From: a virus
Lineage: Duplodnaviria > Caudoviricetes
Virus record (IMG/VR): IMGVR_UViG_3300047400_000075
Span: 1 to 38,121 of that record
Direction: 5' to 3' (one strand)
Length of the DNA stretch: 38,121 nt
Of the stretch, positions 8,898 through 18,466 are shown in pieces. The translations under genes and the position numbers were made by a program. Numbering within the stretch: position 1 is the first letter of the stretch; each line of letters opens with the position of its first letter. Under the pieces are notes generated by a model. That model was given only the letters and a program-made list of their open reading frames with translations. It was not told the DNA's origin and searched no databases.

Positions 8898-9452
8898 CTA
8901 GTTCAGGGACGTGACCTCGAGATCCTGCACGGTCATCGTCTCCGCTGTCGAGCCTGACCGCTTGGCCTGCACGCTGATGATGTTCGCCGCCGTCAAATCG
9001 ACCGACCCTGAGGCCACTGCCGCTGAGGCCGGGAGCAGAAACGTGCCGGCCGCAATCACCGAGGTATTGAAGAAGGCTTTCCCTGTCGCGAACAACGTGC
9101 CCGTGCTGCCCGTCGTGCGGCAATGCACGTAGAGATCCAGCCACCAAGACAGATTGGTCTGTCCAGCCACGAGCGTCTGTGCGGCCGACGAGACGATGAT
9201 CGTGCCGTTGGCGTTCCCGCCGTTGCCGTAATACACGTCAAACGTGAGATTGCCAGGTGTCGCGGCCGTCGTAATCTTGCCGAACATCCGGATGCGCATC
9301 TTCTTGCCAGGTCGCGCCCAATACTGACCGCCCAACACCGGGAAGTTTGACGCCGGATAGAGCGCCAAGTCCGTCGTGCTCAACGTCACGGCAGAGATGT
9401 CGGCGGAGATGAACGGTTCGCGCAGGTCGTTGTAGAAGAGTCCGTCAGCCAT
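8898..9452 (-). CDS. Beta-sandwich virion structural protein
   Basis: T/S/G/A-rich; GKKMRIRMFGKITT pattern; lies in the fibre module. Confidence 0.6.
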   Translation of the reverse strand: MADGLFYNDLREPFISADISAVTLSTTDLALYPASNFPVLGGQYWARPGKKMRIRMFGKITTAATPGNLTFDVYYGNGGNANGTIIVSSAAQTLVAGQTNLSWWLDLYVHCRTTGSTGTLFATGKAFFNTSVIAAGTFLLPASAAVASGSVDLTAANIISVQAKRSGSTAETMTVQDLEVTSLN

Positions 9453-9454
9453 GA

Positions 9455-9874
9455 CTAGGCAATCCTGATGAGCGCCGTCGCCGCTGCCGGCAACGGGAAC
9501 TGGACGGTAAACGTGCCATTCGTGCTCGTGATGTCCGAGCCGAAATCAATCACCGCGACCGCCTTGTTACTGCGCGTGCTGTTGTAAATGAGCGCCCCAC
9601 GCGCGGTGATCGTGGAATTGGCCCATGAGGGATCGGTAGACCAGTCGATAAACGCCGTATCCGTGTCTAAGGCGGCCGTAAAGCCGACCAACGTCTGCCC
9701 ACCAGCCACGTAGCCCGTCCCGCTCACCTCATTGGTCGCGCTGTAGGCTGTGGTCGCCTTGCTCAGCGTTGCCGCTGAGGTATACAGGGCAATCATGTAG
9801 ACGTCCGTCGAGACATGCGTCCCGGACAGAATCTCCGTCTTGAACGAATTGCACATTGCCTGCGTGATCGCCAT
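9455..9874 (-). CDS. Conserved phage fibre-associated structural protein
   Basis: MAITQAMCNSFKTEIL..ALYTS..NEVSGTGYVAGG..TARGALIYN..DFGSD..STNGTFTVQFP. Confidence 0.75.
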   Translation of the reverse strand: MAITQAMCNSFKTEILSGTHVSTDVYMIALYTSAATLSKATTAYSATNEVSGTGYVAGGQTLVGFTAALDTDTAFIDWSTDPSWANSTITARGALIYNSTRSNKAVAVIDFGSDITSTNGTFTVQFPLPAAATALIRIA

Positions 9875-12138
9875 TAGGCTTCCGCTCCTTCGGCCTCTGG
9901 CGCTTCACCTTCGACGGTCGCGCCTTCAATGGCCCCATCCGGCCCCCGCTTGAACGTGATGGACTTGCGCCGTTCCTGCTCTTTCCGCACGGTATCCGCC
10001 GCCCGATGGACCGCCCGCATCGACTCCATGCCGATGTCATGCGCGTGGGCGCGTGCCGCTTCCAGCTCCGCCCGCTGCCCTTCCAGCATCGCCAGCGCCG
10101 AGGCTTTCTCCACCTCCAGATTGGCAATCAGCCGCTTGGTTTCCTCTTGCGCGGCGGCGATCTCCTTCTTCGCCTCAATCTCCGCCGCCGCAATCAGTTT
10201 CTTGGTATCCAGTTCGGCTTGCTTCTCCGAGATCATCTGGTTGAGCTGCTGAATCTGCTCGTGCGCCATCTGGGCATACTGATCAAGCGCCTGGAGCCGC
10301 TGCTGGACCTGGGGCGGGATGTTCTGCTCCTTGTCATCCTGCGCCAGTGGATTGGCCTTCTTCAGCCGCTCCGCGAGCTCGTAGGAGCCTGGCCACGTCA
10401 TGTTGCGGACCCAAATGTCGGCGCCCACCTTCGCCAGTTCCGGGGCGGCCGTGAACAATTGCCCCATCGCGTCGGTCGCTTCCTGCTGCTGGCTCTGGTA
10501 GGACTTGCCCGCCGTGAACGCGAAGTCGTAATCCCCCGCCTGCAAGTCGAACACATGTTGGACGGCCTGCGTTCGCATCGCCATCGCCTGCTGCTGCTGT
10601 TCCGGCCCCAAATGCGTGATGATGTCGCGCTCCTTGTCGTCGGCGCCCTTGATGCGGAGCAAGCGCGGCGTGTCGTAGAGTTCGCGGACCATGTAGTAGA
10701 GAATCTTGGCCGTCAGGCGAATGCCTCGACCCAGATTGTCCATGTAGTCCGACGCCTGCATCTCCTGTTGGAGCTTGCGGGCGTTGATGGCCCGACCCGA
10801 GGCGGCTGCACCCTCCGGCCCAGCCTCGTTCATGGAGACATCGACGTAGCCGAGAATCGCTCGAAGCTGCATCGACGCCCGCTGGGCCGACATCGTGGTG
10901 GCCTGAATCGGCGGCTCGCGGTCAATCGGAATCGGGGGCGGCACCATGGACCCACCGACCGACTGCGGGCTGTAGACCAAGGCATCCCAGTTCTTGCGGT
11001 TCGCCGTGGCCCACATGTCCTGATAGTCGGCAATCTGTGTATCCGCGACCAACCACCGCGACTTGGCGCCAACACCTACGGATTCGGTGGAGGCCGACTC
11101 CATGTAGTTCACTTGGCGCTGCGGGTCTTTCGCCATCCGCACCAGGCCGCGATAGTCCACCTTCCCGCCGATGTTCCGGCGCTCGCCGACAATCTCCACG
11201 ATGGGAATGTGCCGACCGGGGATCGTCGTCTCGGCCAAGACCTCGACGCCATTGGTCAACATCCACTTGACCGTGCGCTTGGGTATCTCACGCGAGCGGA
11301 CAATGGACTGCCCCTCAGGCAGCAGCGGATCGCCCTTGGTGTATTTCCCCTTCACCCGCTTGCGTGGACCGCGCTCGAGCAAGTCATCCCAGACATACGT
11401 GCCGTCGCTCAGCGTGTGGCGGGTTCTCGAGCTTTCCTCGATGTAGAAGTATTCCGCGATCCTGACGCGCTCCTTGGTCAACCAATCAGGCGGAGCCGAT
11501 GATCCAACACCAAACAGCCCGTTGTGGGCCGCTACAGACGACTCGCCAAAGCGGGCTTTGTAGTCGTCCATCGTGAGGTCGTCATAGACGAATGCCCACC
11601 GCGCGTCGGACTTGTCCGGCTCCTTGGCTGAGGGGTCCAGGAACACGCTGTGCTGGTTGTCAATCCAGCACACCTTCAGGTCTTGTTCGTCCGAACTCTC
11701 CGCCACGTAATAGGGCAGAATCCGCCAGTAGCCCCGGCCCATCTTGACCTGATGTTGACTCGCCCACGTGTAGGCGTAGTCCGCGTTCGAGTTCGTCTCA
11801 ATGCGTCGGAGGATGGCCTGCCAGAGCTGCGCGGTTTCCTGTGTCGCCCCGTCCCCACGTGGATTGACCACAATCCCAGGACGGGCCGAGCGGGCCTGAT
11901 TCAAGACCTGCTTAGTCGGTCCTGACAGCAAATCAATCGTCAGGCAGGGCTTCCCTGACCTATCGCGCTCCTGCTTGACTGCCTCATCCCAATGCTCGCC
12001 CGACTCAAAGCGCAGGTCATCAAGCTCTTTGGTGATCTGTTCGCTGTAGGCGCCATCCGCAGACTTCCAGCGGTCTTTCAGCGCGGTCTGTTCGGCTTCG
12101 GTCAGGTCTCGTATCATCCGCGCGTCCTTTTCCGCCAC
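9874..12138 (-). CDS. Portal protein, P22-like
   Basis: DDLRFESGEHW, PCLTID, MGRGYWRI, GLVRMAKDPQR, ASGRAINAR, long C-terminal coiled-coil barrel; start may be ATG 12117. Confidence 0.95.
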   Translation of the reverse strand: MAEKDARMIRDLTEAEQTALKDRWKSADGAYSEQITKELDDLRFESGEHWDEAVKQERDRSGKPCLTIDLLSGPTKQVLNQARSARPGIVVNPRGDGATQETAQLWQAILRRIETNSNADYAYTWASQHQVKMGRGYWRILPYYVAESSDEQDLKVCWIDNQHSVFLDPSAKEPDKSDARWAFVYDDLTMDDYKARFGESSVAAHNGLFGVGSSAPPDWLTKERVRIAEYFYIEESSRTRHTLSDGTYVWDDLLERGPRKRVKGKYTKGDPLLPEGQSIVRSREIPKRTVKWMLTNGVEVLAETTIPGRHIPIVEIVGERRNIGGKVDYRGLVRMAKDPQRQVNYMESASTESVGVGAKSRWLVADTQIADYQDMWATANRKNWDALVYSPQSVGGSMVPPPIPIDREPPIQATTMSAQRASMQLRAILGYVDVSMNEAGPEGAAASGRAINARKLQQEMQASDYMDNLGRGIRLTAKILYYMVRELYDTPRLLRIKGADDKERDIITHLGPEQQQQAMAMRTQAVQHVFDLQAGDYDFAFTAGKSYQSQQQEATDAMGQLFTAAPELAKVGADIWVRNMTWPGSYELAERLKKANPLAQDDKEQNIPPQVQQRLQALDQYAQMAHEQIQQLNQMISEKQAELDTKKLIAAAEIEAKKEIAAAQEETKRLIANLEVEKASALAMLEGQRAELEAARAHAHDIGMESMRAVHRAADTVRKEQERRKSITFKRGPDGAIEGATVEGEAPEAEGAEA

Positions 12139-12236
12139 TCGTCAATCCAGTCTTCCGCGAACAACCCCACCACCAGCAAGAGGCAGCCGAGCAGGATCTC
12201 TTGCCAGGCGACGAGCTGCTGAGACAGCCAGCCCAC
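12114..12236 (-). CDS. Small single-TM protein (40 aa)
   Basis: Own translation MGWLSQQLVAWQEILLGCLLLVVGLFAEDWIDEWRKRTRG; coupled at both ends. Confidence 0.5.
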   Translation of the reverse strand: MGWLSQQLVAWQEILLGCLLLVVGLFAEDWIDEWRKRTRG

Positions 12237-12424
12237 TACACCAACCTCCGCAGATACGGCTCAATCAATGCCCGCACCGCCTCGGCCTGCTCATCCGTCA
12301 GACAGGCCAACGTGTCCTCCAAGTGCTGCCGCGACTGGAGATGCCGCGCAAACTTGGCAATCCGTTCGCTGTTGATGGGTTTGCCGCTGCCCACCAAGCG
12401 ATCGGCGAGGTCTTCAGCGGTCAT
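12236..12424 (-). CDS. Hypothetical protein
   Basis: ATGA overlap with the terL stop. Confidence 0.55.
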   Translation of the reverse strand: MTAEDLADRLVGSGKPINSERIAKFARHLQSRQHLEDTLACLTDEQAEAVRALIEPYLRRLV

Positions 12425-13698
12425 GCGCCCATCCATCCTGACGCCAACGGTTGCCGCATCGACGAGAGCACTGGCACCGCTGGCTGCTCCTTCAATGCGA
12501 CGGCCAGATACCGAAAGGCGTCCGCCGCGTGACTGGCCCAGTCATGCACCGGGACCGCCTTGAACTCATTGAGCCGCGTGTTGTAGTCGCGCCGGTAATG
12601 CTGCAAGGCTTCGAGGCCCGCTTGCGTCTTGTCGCGATCGAACCAGCAGCTTGCGAGCAGCATCCGACTCGCGTGGATGCCGTCCTCGATAGGCAGATTC
12701 GGGACGACCTTGAAGTTGATGCCAAGCTGCGCGGCCGTTTCAATCCGAGACCGTCCGCTGCCAAGTTCCCGCACCTGAATGTCATGTGGCGCGTAGTGCG
12801 TGCCGTAGACGTAGCCCTTCTCCTGCAACACCTTGGCGTAGTGCGGCAAGCCTTCCCCGCTGGCCTCGTAGAAGTCCACCACGCGCACTTCGCCACTCTT
12901 GAGCGTCTGGACGAACCAGATCGCGCAGGCATCGCCGACGCCCAAATCCCACGCCGTATGGACGGGCAACGTGCGCGAGACGGGCACTGACGTGATGCGC
13001 TCCTGCGTCCGCAACTGCTCCAGCTCCTGCGAGAAGATGGCGCCCTTCACGGCCGCTTCAAACGAGCATTCCCATTCCTGCCGATACTCGTCCTCCGTCA
13101 TGACGGCGCGAGCGGCTTGTAACTCGTGCTCAGGAATGAGCTTGGTATCGGACGCCTTGAACTCGAGAAAGGCCCAGTCATCGTTGCCAATCGCCTGCTG
13201 CTTCGCGTCGTAGAACTGGTTCTTCCCGTTCGGCGTGCCCAACCACAGCGCCCAGCCTTGCCGATCCGCGAGTGCCGGCCTGACGACTTCGGTAAAGATG
13301 TTCGACGGCTGTAAGCCATACTCATCGAACACCACGCCATCGAAGTAGAGGCCGCGCAAGGCATCGGGATTGTCCGCGCCGAACAATTGCACCCGCCGAT
13401 CACCAGGCAGATTCACAATCAGGTCCGACTCCCGATGCTCCACACGCGGAATCGGCTTGGTATACGCCTTCAGGTAATCCCACGCAATCAACTTGGCCTG
13501 TCGATAGGTCGGCGCAATATAGGCGTAGCGTGGTCTCGGCTTGGTGCATTCCAGCGCCGACATGACCAAGTGGTTGATCGCGCAGACGGTCTTTCCCATG
13601 CGCCGATGACAGACCGCGACGACCCAGCGATGCGCCTCGAGGGCATGATGAATCCGCACCTGTTGGGGGCGCGGCTCATACCCCAGGTCCACTACCAC
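12421..13698 (-). CDS. terL: Terminase large subunit
   Basis: Walker A CHRRMGKT, Walker B VVFDE, GTPNG, nuclease AWDLG and HAADAFRY. Confidence 0.96.
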   Translation of the reverse strand: MVVDLGYEPRPQQVRIHHALEAHRWVVAVCHRRMGKTVCAINHLVMSALECTKPRPRYAYIAPTYRQAKLIAWDYLKAYTKPIPRVEHRESDLIVNLPGDRRVQLFGADNPDALRGLYFDGVVFDEYGLQPSNIFTEVVRPALADRQGWALWLGTPNGKNQFYDAKQQAIGNDDWAFLEFKASDTKLIPEHELQAARAVMTEDEYRQEWECSFEAAVKGAIFSQELEQLRTQERITSVPVSRTLPVHTAWDLGVGDACAIWFVQTLKSGEVRVVDFYEASGEGLPHYAKVLQEKGYVYGTHYAPHDIQVRELGSGRSRIETAAQLGINFKVVPNLPIEDGIHASRMLLASCWFDRDKTQAGLEALQHYRRDYNTRLNEFKAVPVHDWASHAADAFRYLAVALKEQPAVPVLSSMRQPLASGWMGA

Positions 13699-13967
13699 TT
13701 CTTCACCACGTTGACCGTGAGATCCTGACCATCCTTCCCGGTCAGTTCAGTCCGCGCCAACTTCGGGATGTGATACTCCACGACATCCGAGAAACAGCGC
13801 CACGCCGCTTGTGGGCCTTCCTTCTGGTAAATCTCCTCTAGCCATTCCTCCAGACGCGGCGAGAAGCCATCCACCAGCCGCGCAATCGCCTCACGGGCAT
13901 TGGCGGTGGCTTTATTGGGCCGACCCTTGCGCCCCGGCGGTGGATTATTGGGTCCAAACTTCGGCAT
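13692..13967 (-). CDS. terS: Terminase small subunit-like protein
   Basis: GRKGRPNKAT N-terminus, EYHIPKLARTELTGKDG C-terminus; directly upstream of terL. Confidence 0.75.
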   Translation of the reverse strand: MPKFGPNNPPPGRKGRPNKATANAREAIARLVDGFSPRLEEWLEEIYQKEGPQAAWRCFSDVVEYHIPKLARTELTGKDGQDLTVNVVKKW

Positions 13968-13975
13968 ACTCGCGC

Positions 13976-14191
13976 TTACTGTGTGGATTTGGGCTCTCGA
14001 CCCATCAGCTCGTCATAGACGGCACGAAGCTCTCGCGCCTTGTCGGCTGGCACCTCACTAAAGGCAGCGACATTACGACCGTAGAAAATCTTCCACCCTT
14101 CCTCATAGCGGCGCTCTGCTAAGGCTTGACCTGGCGTGAGTCGCTCCTGATACGCCTGCCGCGTGCGCTGGAGTCGGCCTTCAGGCACCAT
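13976..14191 (-). CDS. Hypothetical protein
   Basis: ATG 14191 with GAGG SD. Confidence 0.5.
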   Translation of the reverse strand: MVPEGRLQRTRQAYQERLTPGQALAERRYEEGWKIFYGRNVAAFSEVPADKARELRAVYDELMGREPKSTQ

Positions 14192-14429
14192 ACACCTCGT
14201 GCGCGTCCGCAATCATCGCCAACAGCTCGGCATTGGTGCGATGGTCGAGCGCCGGCACCACCACTCTTGCCTCGTATGGGACAAATGGCGCTCGGGCAAA
14301 CTCTATCGCGTGCAGTAACTCGCATCCCTTGGCATGGCCCACCATCTTCATCTGCTGACAACTCGGGCAGACGTGATGGACGGGATCGCCTTCCCACTCA
14401 ATCGATTGCAAGAGTTCGAGGATGGTCAT
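14181..14429 (-). CDS. Small Zn-binding hypothetical protein
   Basis: CPSC..GHAKGC. Confidence 0.6.
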   Translation of the reverse strand: MTILELLQSIEWEGDPVHHVCPSCQQMKMVGHAKGCELLHAIEFARAPFVPYEARVVVPALDHRTNAELLAMIADAHEVYGA

Positions 14430-14432
14430 GGG

Positions 14433-14606
14433 CTAGCCTTCCAGGTCGATGCTTCTCGAGCCACTGCGCGTGAAGCCAATGACCCGACGGAACACGCTCG
14501 AGGTCGCCGTGCCGCCGTAGAAGCCGCCCAACAGCATGAACAGGAACAAGCCGCCCGGTGTCGCGGGCGTGACCACGGCGGGTTCCGACTTGAACAGGAA
14601 CAGCAC
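14433..14606 (-). CDS. Small hydrophobic, probably structural protein (57 aa)
   Basis: Own translation MLFLFKSEPAVVTPATPGGLFLFMLLGGFYGG...; GTG overlaps the upstream TAG. Confidence 0.5.
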   Translation of the reverse strand: MLFLFKSEPAVVTPATPGGLFLFMLLGGFYGGTATSSVFRRVIGFTRSGSRSIDLEG

Positions 14607-15061
14607 TAGTGGCCCGCTCCTGTCAGCATCAGGCCGCCGGTCCCTGCTCCGCCGCCGCCCAAGGTCAACGCGCTACAGTTCGACCGGAAATACAACGCCG
14701 GCCGTGGCTCCGCCCCCGTCCAGATAATCGCGCCATCCCCGTCACCAGCTTTCGTATGCGACATCACCGTGACGTAGTTGGTGCCGTCGAGACTGACTTG
14801 GAGATCCACCGTCCAGGAGGTGACGGTGCCGGTCTGTTTGACTTGGAGCCCGAAGCGGCTCATGCCCTGCGCGGAGACATCACGCGCGGTGCCGGCGACC
14901 GTGGTCGTATAGGTATCGGTGCCGGTCTTTTGATCGAGAAAGTCGGTGGCGGAGCCATCCGCGCCGACGCTGCGTTTAATGCGCTGGTAGAGGACGCCGC
15001 CGACGTCATCAGCCGCAGCGGTCGCCCCCGAGCCAGGTGTAATGGCGAGATTGTCGGACAT
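14606..15061 (-). CDS. Beta-rich virion-type protein
   Basis: MSDNLAITPGSGATAAADDVGGVLYQRIK N-terminus; LQVSLDGTNY motif; GGAGG SD. Confidence 0.65.
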   Translation of the reverse strand: MSDNLAITPGSGATAAADDVGGVLYQRIKRSVGADGSATDFLDQKTGTDTYTTTVAGTARDVSAQGMSRFGLQVKQTGTVTSWTVDLQVSLDGTNYVTVMSHTKAGDGDGAIIWTGAEPRPALYFRSNCSALTLGGGGAGTGGLMLTGAGH

Positions 15062-15112
15062 GCCCCTCCGCCTGACAACGACAAGGGACTGCCGACATCG
15101 GCAGCCGGCGTT

Positions 15113-15142
15113 ATTTTGCCATGAATCGCGAACTCAAGGCAA
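15113..15142 (-). promoter_or_regulatory. Putative promoter of the packaging/head operon
   Basis: TTGCCT-18 bp-CAAAAT with TG extension, followed by a CTGCCGA/TCGGCAG hairpin. Confidence 0.45.
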
Positions 15143-15180
15143 GGACTTTTGTGCAGACTGGAGAAGTGCGCAGGCTATCG

Positions 15181-15636
15181 CTACCACTCCCGCCGTCCGG
15201 CCCAGGTGTCATACACCGGTCGATTGAACGCCGCCAGCTCACGTTGATAGGCCAGCCATGCCTCGGATCCCTGCTCCACACCCACCCATCGACTGTGCCG
15301 CTGGACGGGATAGGTCGGCGTGGGTTGCGGGGGCGCTGGGCCACGGCGCTTGTCAGCGGCCAGGCGCCAGCCGCTCTTGCGTGTGCCATAGGCGGGATCA
15401 TTGCCGGCCCGCATGTTGCGAATGCGTTGCCGTTGCTTGGCGAGATGCACCGCGCATCGGGCCGCGCCATCCGTGTCCGCACGACATTCCACGCATCCTC
15501 CAGCACGACGCTTCCGACGACTTTTCGCCGCGTTCTCGGCCCGATGAACCGTGCAGCGTTCAAAGCCATCTGCCGGCTTACCACACACCACACACAGGCC
15601 CATCGCTCGGCGCTTTCTGACTGTGAACTCACTCAT
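15181..15636 (-). CDS. Basic protein with two tandem CxxC-x9-10-CxxH zinc-finger repeats (possible regulator)
   Basis: GLCVVCGK..RCTVH and GGCVECRA..RCAVH. Confidence 0.65.
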   Translation of the reverse strand: MSEFTVRKRRAMGLCVVCGKPADGFERCTVHRAENAAKSRRKRRAGGCVECRADTDGAARCAVHLAKQRQRIRNMRAGNDPAYGTRKSGWRLAADKRRGPAPPQPTPTYPVQRHSRWVGVEQGSEAWLAYQRELAAFNRPVYDTWAGRREW

Positions 15637-15833
15637 CGGGCCTCCTTCCACGCCTCCAGACACTTCGGGCAGATGGTGACGGCGCTTCCGAAGTCGCTGG
15701 CGCTGCCGTCGTGGATCATCTGCATCATGTCTTGCGAAATGGACGACGCAGGTTTCCATTCAGGACAGTAGGACCACCACAACAAGCTCTTGGTGATGAT
15801 GTCGCGTCCGACATGCCTGCGAATGTGCGTCAC
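15633..15833 (-). CDS. Hypothetical protein
   Basis: Coupled; VTICPKC motif. Confidence 0.5.
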   Translation of the reverse strand: MTHIRRHVGRDIITKSLLWWSYCPEWKPASSISQDMMQMIHDGSASDFGSAVTICPKCLEAWKEAR

Positions 15834-16021
15834 TGGCGATAGTCCTCGTACACCTCAGCTCGGTTCACGCATTTCCACCAACTGCCATCACTGCTCCGCT
15901 TCCACACGCCACCGCGCCACCGACGCCACCAGCGCAATCTGCCAAGAGCAAAATCAATCAGCGAACAACCAATCCAAGAGAACTCCCCGACGCCAGCCGG
16001 GCATTGTTCTGATCGCGTCAT
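15830..16021 (-). CDS. Hypothetical Trp/Arg-rich protein
   Basis: Coupled overlaps. Confidence 0.45.
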   Translation of the reverse strand: MTRSEQCPAGVGEFSWIGCSLIDFALGRLRWWRRWRGGVWKRSSDGSWWKCVNRAEVYEDYRQ

Positions 16022-16203
16022 GCGGCATCCTCCCGGCCTCGGACGACTTGTGCCGCCTTGGCTTCATCCACGCACACCTCATCCGTGGCGCGCTCCAACT
16101 CCTGCACAATGTCCAGCCGAATCAGGCTCAACAAGGTCTGCATCTCACTCACCCGCGCATGCAGGCGCAGTAATCGACCCAATCGCTCGCCGTGTGTGCT
16201 CAT
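16018..16203 (-). CDS. Hypothetical protein
   Basis: ATG 16203 overlaps the dnaB stop. Confidence 0.5.
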   Translation of the reverse strand: MSTHGERLGRLLRLHARVSEMQTLLSLIRLDIVQELERATDEVCVDEAKAAQVVRGREDAA

Positions 16204-17552
16204 ACACGCTCCATTGAGGCAAATCGATACTGATCGCGGAAGTTCGCCAGGTCCACCAGCCCGGTCGGGTTGCCGCGCTGTTTTTCGATAATCAACTCCA
16301 CCTTCGACGGCTGACCAGGCGGCAAGTCGGCAAGCTCGGCTCGGGTTTCCAGTCGATGCAGCAGCAGGATGATGTCCGCATGCGCCTCGATGTCCCCGGA
16401 CTCCCGCAAGTCCGCCATGCTCGGCCGGTCTTTCTCCTCTGCCGACCGCCGCAACTGGCTGAGGACGAGCACGGGTACCTGCATCGACCGAGCAAGCTCC
16501 TTCAGCTCCCACGCCATTTCGCCCACGACTTGCGTCCGGTTCTGCGACTTCGCCGCTTTACCGTCCGACGGCCGCATGAGCTGGAGATAGTCCACAATCA
16601 CCAACCCAAGCCCGTGCCGCAGTTGCACCTGCTGGGCCTTCGCACGCACGTCCGTCGCGGACATACCGGGTTGCTCATCGACCCAGAACGGCAAGGTGGC
16701 CAAATCGCCCAGAGCCGACCCGATGCGTCGATCGACCTGTTCGTCTCGCTTGCAATACCCGCGCAGATAGGAGAATCCGTCCACTTTGGCGGTATTCCAC
16801 AAGGCGCGGGACCAGACCGACCGAGAGCCCATCTCGAGCGAACAAAACAGCACGGTCATGTGTCTCGCCGCGTGCAGGCCAATCTGGAGCGCCAACGCCG
16901 TCTTGCCGACCGATGGCCGTGCTCCCAGCACCACGAGTTCGCCCGGTTGCAGGCCGAACGACAGCCGATCGAAGTCCTCGATGCCGGTGGCAATGCCGGT
17001 CGGCTGATGGCGTCGGTCGGCCAGCGATTGCAGGTAGGCAAACAGGTCTTGCGTCATCGCGTTGGCGTCGAACAGGGTGTCTGTCCGCTTGCTGCTCGCG
17101 AGTCGGAAGAACACGTCTTGCGCCTTGGCGATCACGTCGTCGGCTTCGGCGGAGGTTTCCATCGCGGCGTCAATGACTTCCGAGGCCCGCTCGATGGCCG
17201 CCCGTCGCCGCGAGGCGTCGATCACGATGTCAGCGTACCGGGTGACATTCGCGCTCCGAGGGATGCCGTCGGTCAGCTTGGACAGCCGCGAGATCCCCAC
17301 ATCGTCCATCGCGGCTCCAAGCGCATGACGGACGGTCAGGAAGTCGATCGGCTGACTCTGTTTTGCCAACGACAGCATCGCGGTATAGACCAACCCGCAC
17401 CAACCCTGCCCGAAATGCTCAGGCTTGAGCCGGTCGGCGATCTCCGCCAGTCGGGCGTTATCCACCATCACGGCGCCGAGCACAGAGCATTCGGCATCCG
17501 AGGCACGCGGTAGATCGGCCGTTAAACGCACTGTGGAGCCCGTAGAGGCCAT
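16200..17552 (-). CDS. dnaB: Replicative DNA helicase
   Basis: AECSVLGA N-domain, GARPSVGKT, SLEM, IVDYLQLM, LSQL, DLRESGDIEAHAD. Confidence 0.96.
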   Translation of the reverse strand: MASTGSTVRLTADLPRASDAECSVLGAVMVDNARLAEIADRLKPEHFGQGWCGLVYTAMLSLAKQSQPIDFLTVRHALGAAMDDVGISRLSKLTDGIPRSANVTRYADIVIDASRRRAAIERASEVIDAAMETSAEADDVIAKAQDVFFRLASSKRTDTLFDANAMTQDLFAYLQSLADRRHQPTGIATGIEDFDRLSFGLQPGELVVLGARPSVGKTALALQIGLHAARHMTVLFCSLEMGSRSVWSRALWNTAKVDGFSYLRGYCKRDEQVDRRIGSALGDLATLPFWVDEQPGMSATDVRAKAQQVQLRHGLGLVIVDYLQLMRPSDGKAAKSQNRTQVVGEMAWELKELARSMQVPVLVLSQLRRSAEEKDRPSMADLRESGDIEAHADIILLLHRLETRAELADLPPGQPSKVELIIEKQRGNPTGLVDLANFRDQYRFASMERV

Positions 17553-18349
17553 TACGCACGCCCCCGGCCCAGGAGGTAGTCCATCCGGGCGATCGCGGCT
17601 GGAGACCGCATTAAATCGATTTTGGGGGCTTGTGCCGATGCGCCGCGATCATTCGCCCGCCCCAGCCACGCCACGATGAACCGAGGCATCCCCTTCGCCG
17701 TCTTCCGCCGTGTCGGATTGGCATCGAGCCACGCCTTAGCCCTATACAGCTCGCCTAGGATATTTAGGCTGGGGAAGGCACGCCTCCATTCGTCGATATG
17801 GGCCTCATAAACGCCCCAGCGCGACTTCGCTCCAACCGTGACAAATTCAAGGATCGGAGGCGTTGGCGAAGCCATCTCAGCGCCCTCGGGCTCGGAGTCG
17901 GCTTGTGCCGGCTCTGAGCTATCCTCCTTCCCTTCCCTTCCCTTCCCTTCCCCACGTGCGTGCACGTGCGTGCACGTGCGTTGCAATGCGTCTATTGGTA
18001 GCTCGCCCTCTGGAGTCGGGGCCGGGATCATGGACTTGGCTTCGCGTAAATTGACCACTTGATGCTCATGCCACGAAGGGATATAGCCGTACCACCGGTC
18101 CTGGTGCTCGTATTTGATGATGTGCCCGTTGACTCTCAACGCCTCGAGCACGGCGGAGAAATCAACCGGGTCGAACGGTAGGCAGTCCAGCTTCAGCACG
18201 TCCGGTTCCCACTCAAAGCGGCCTTCTCGGTCGGCGGCAGTCCACAGACCGGCAAATGCCACGCGGAGCGGTAAACCTGACTCACGCTCAGCCCGATACA
18301 GCCGAGTGTGGCGAAAGAAGTTTGGCTTGATGGTGCGAATCCGGGCCAT
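17552..18349 (-). CDS. Phage replication initiator
   Basis: MARIRTIKPNFF..GLWTAADREGR N-domain, internal repeats, WLDANPTRRKT..GMPRFIVAWL C-domain; upstream of dnaB. Confidence 0.85.
   Translation of the reverse strand: MARIRTIKPNFFRHTRLYRAERESGLPLRVAFAGLWTAADREGRFEWEPDVLKLDCLPFDPVDFSAVLEALRVNGHIIKYEHQDRWYGYIPSWHEHQVVNLREAKSMIPAPTPEGELPIDALQRTCTHVHARGEGKGREGKEDSSEPAQADSEPEGAEMASPTPPILEFVTVGAKSRWGVYEAHIDEWRRAFPSLNILGELYRAKAWLDANPTRRKTAKGMPRFIVAWLGRANDRGASAQAPKIDLMRSPAAIARMDYLLGRGRA
17926..17980. repeat. Putative replication origin repeats inside the initiator gene
   Basis: (CCTTC)x5 then (CACGTGCG-TG)x3. Confidence 0.6.
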
Positions 18350-18377
18350 TACCGAGTGCTCCGGATGCATGTGATCG

Positions 18378-18386
18378 TGCTACTAT
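18378..18386 (+). promoter_or_regulatory. Extended -10 antisense promoter
   Basis: TGcTACTAT, 7 nt before the structured RNA at 18394. Confidence 0.5.
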
Positions 18387-18393
18387 CAGAAAC

Positions 18394-18466
18394 GGGGCAG
18401 GGCATCAGTTAGCTCCAGTCTAACGAAATGTTCACAGCCAGCGGCAAACTGGCTCGCCCCCATTTT
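18394..18466 (+). ncRNA. Putative ~70-nt antisense sRNA opposite the initiator leader
   Basis: GGGGC/GCCCC closing stem, arms GGGCAT-GTTAG/CTAAC-ATGTTC and AGCCAG/CTGGCT, ends ATTTT; G-U pairs favour the plus strand. Confidence 0.55.

Noticed and set aside
123-17513. Long plus-strand ORFs (123..1274, 1208..2335, 4156..5820, 10006..11502, 16356..17513)
   Set aside because: Antisense shadows of well-supported minus-strand genes in GC-rich DNA; R/H-rich with no motifs
17926-17950. (CCTTC)5 as a phase-variable microsatellite
   Set aside because: Encodes the EGKGREGK linker common in this initiator type; more likely origin-associated
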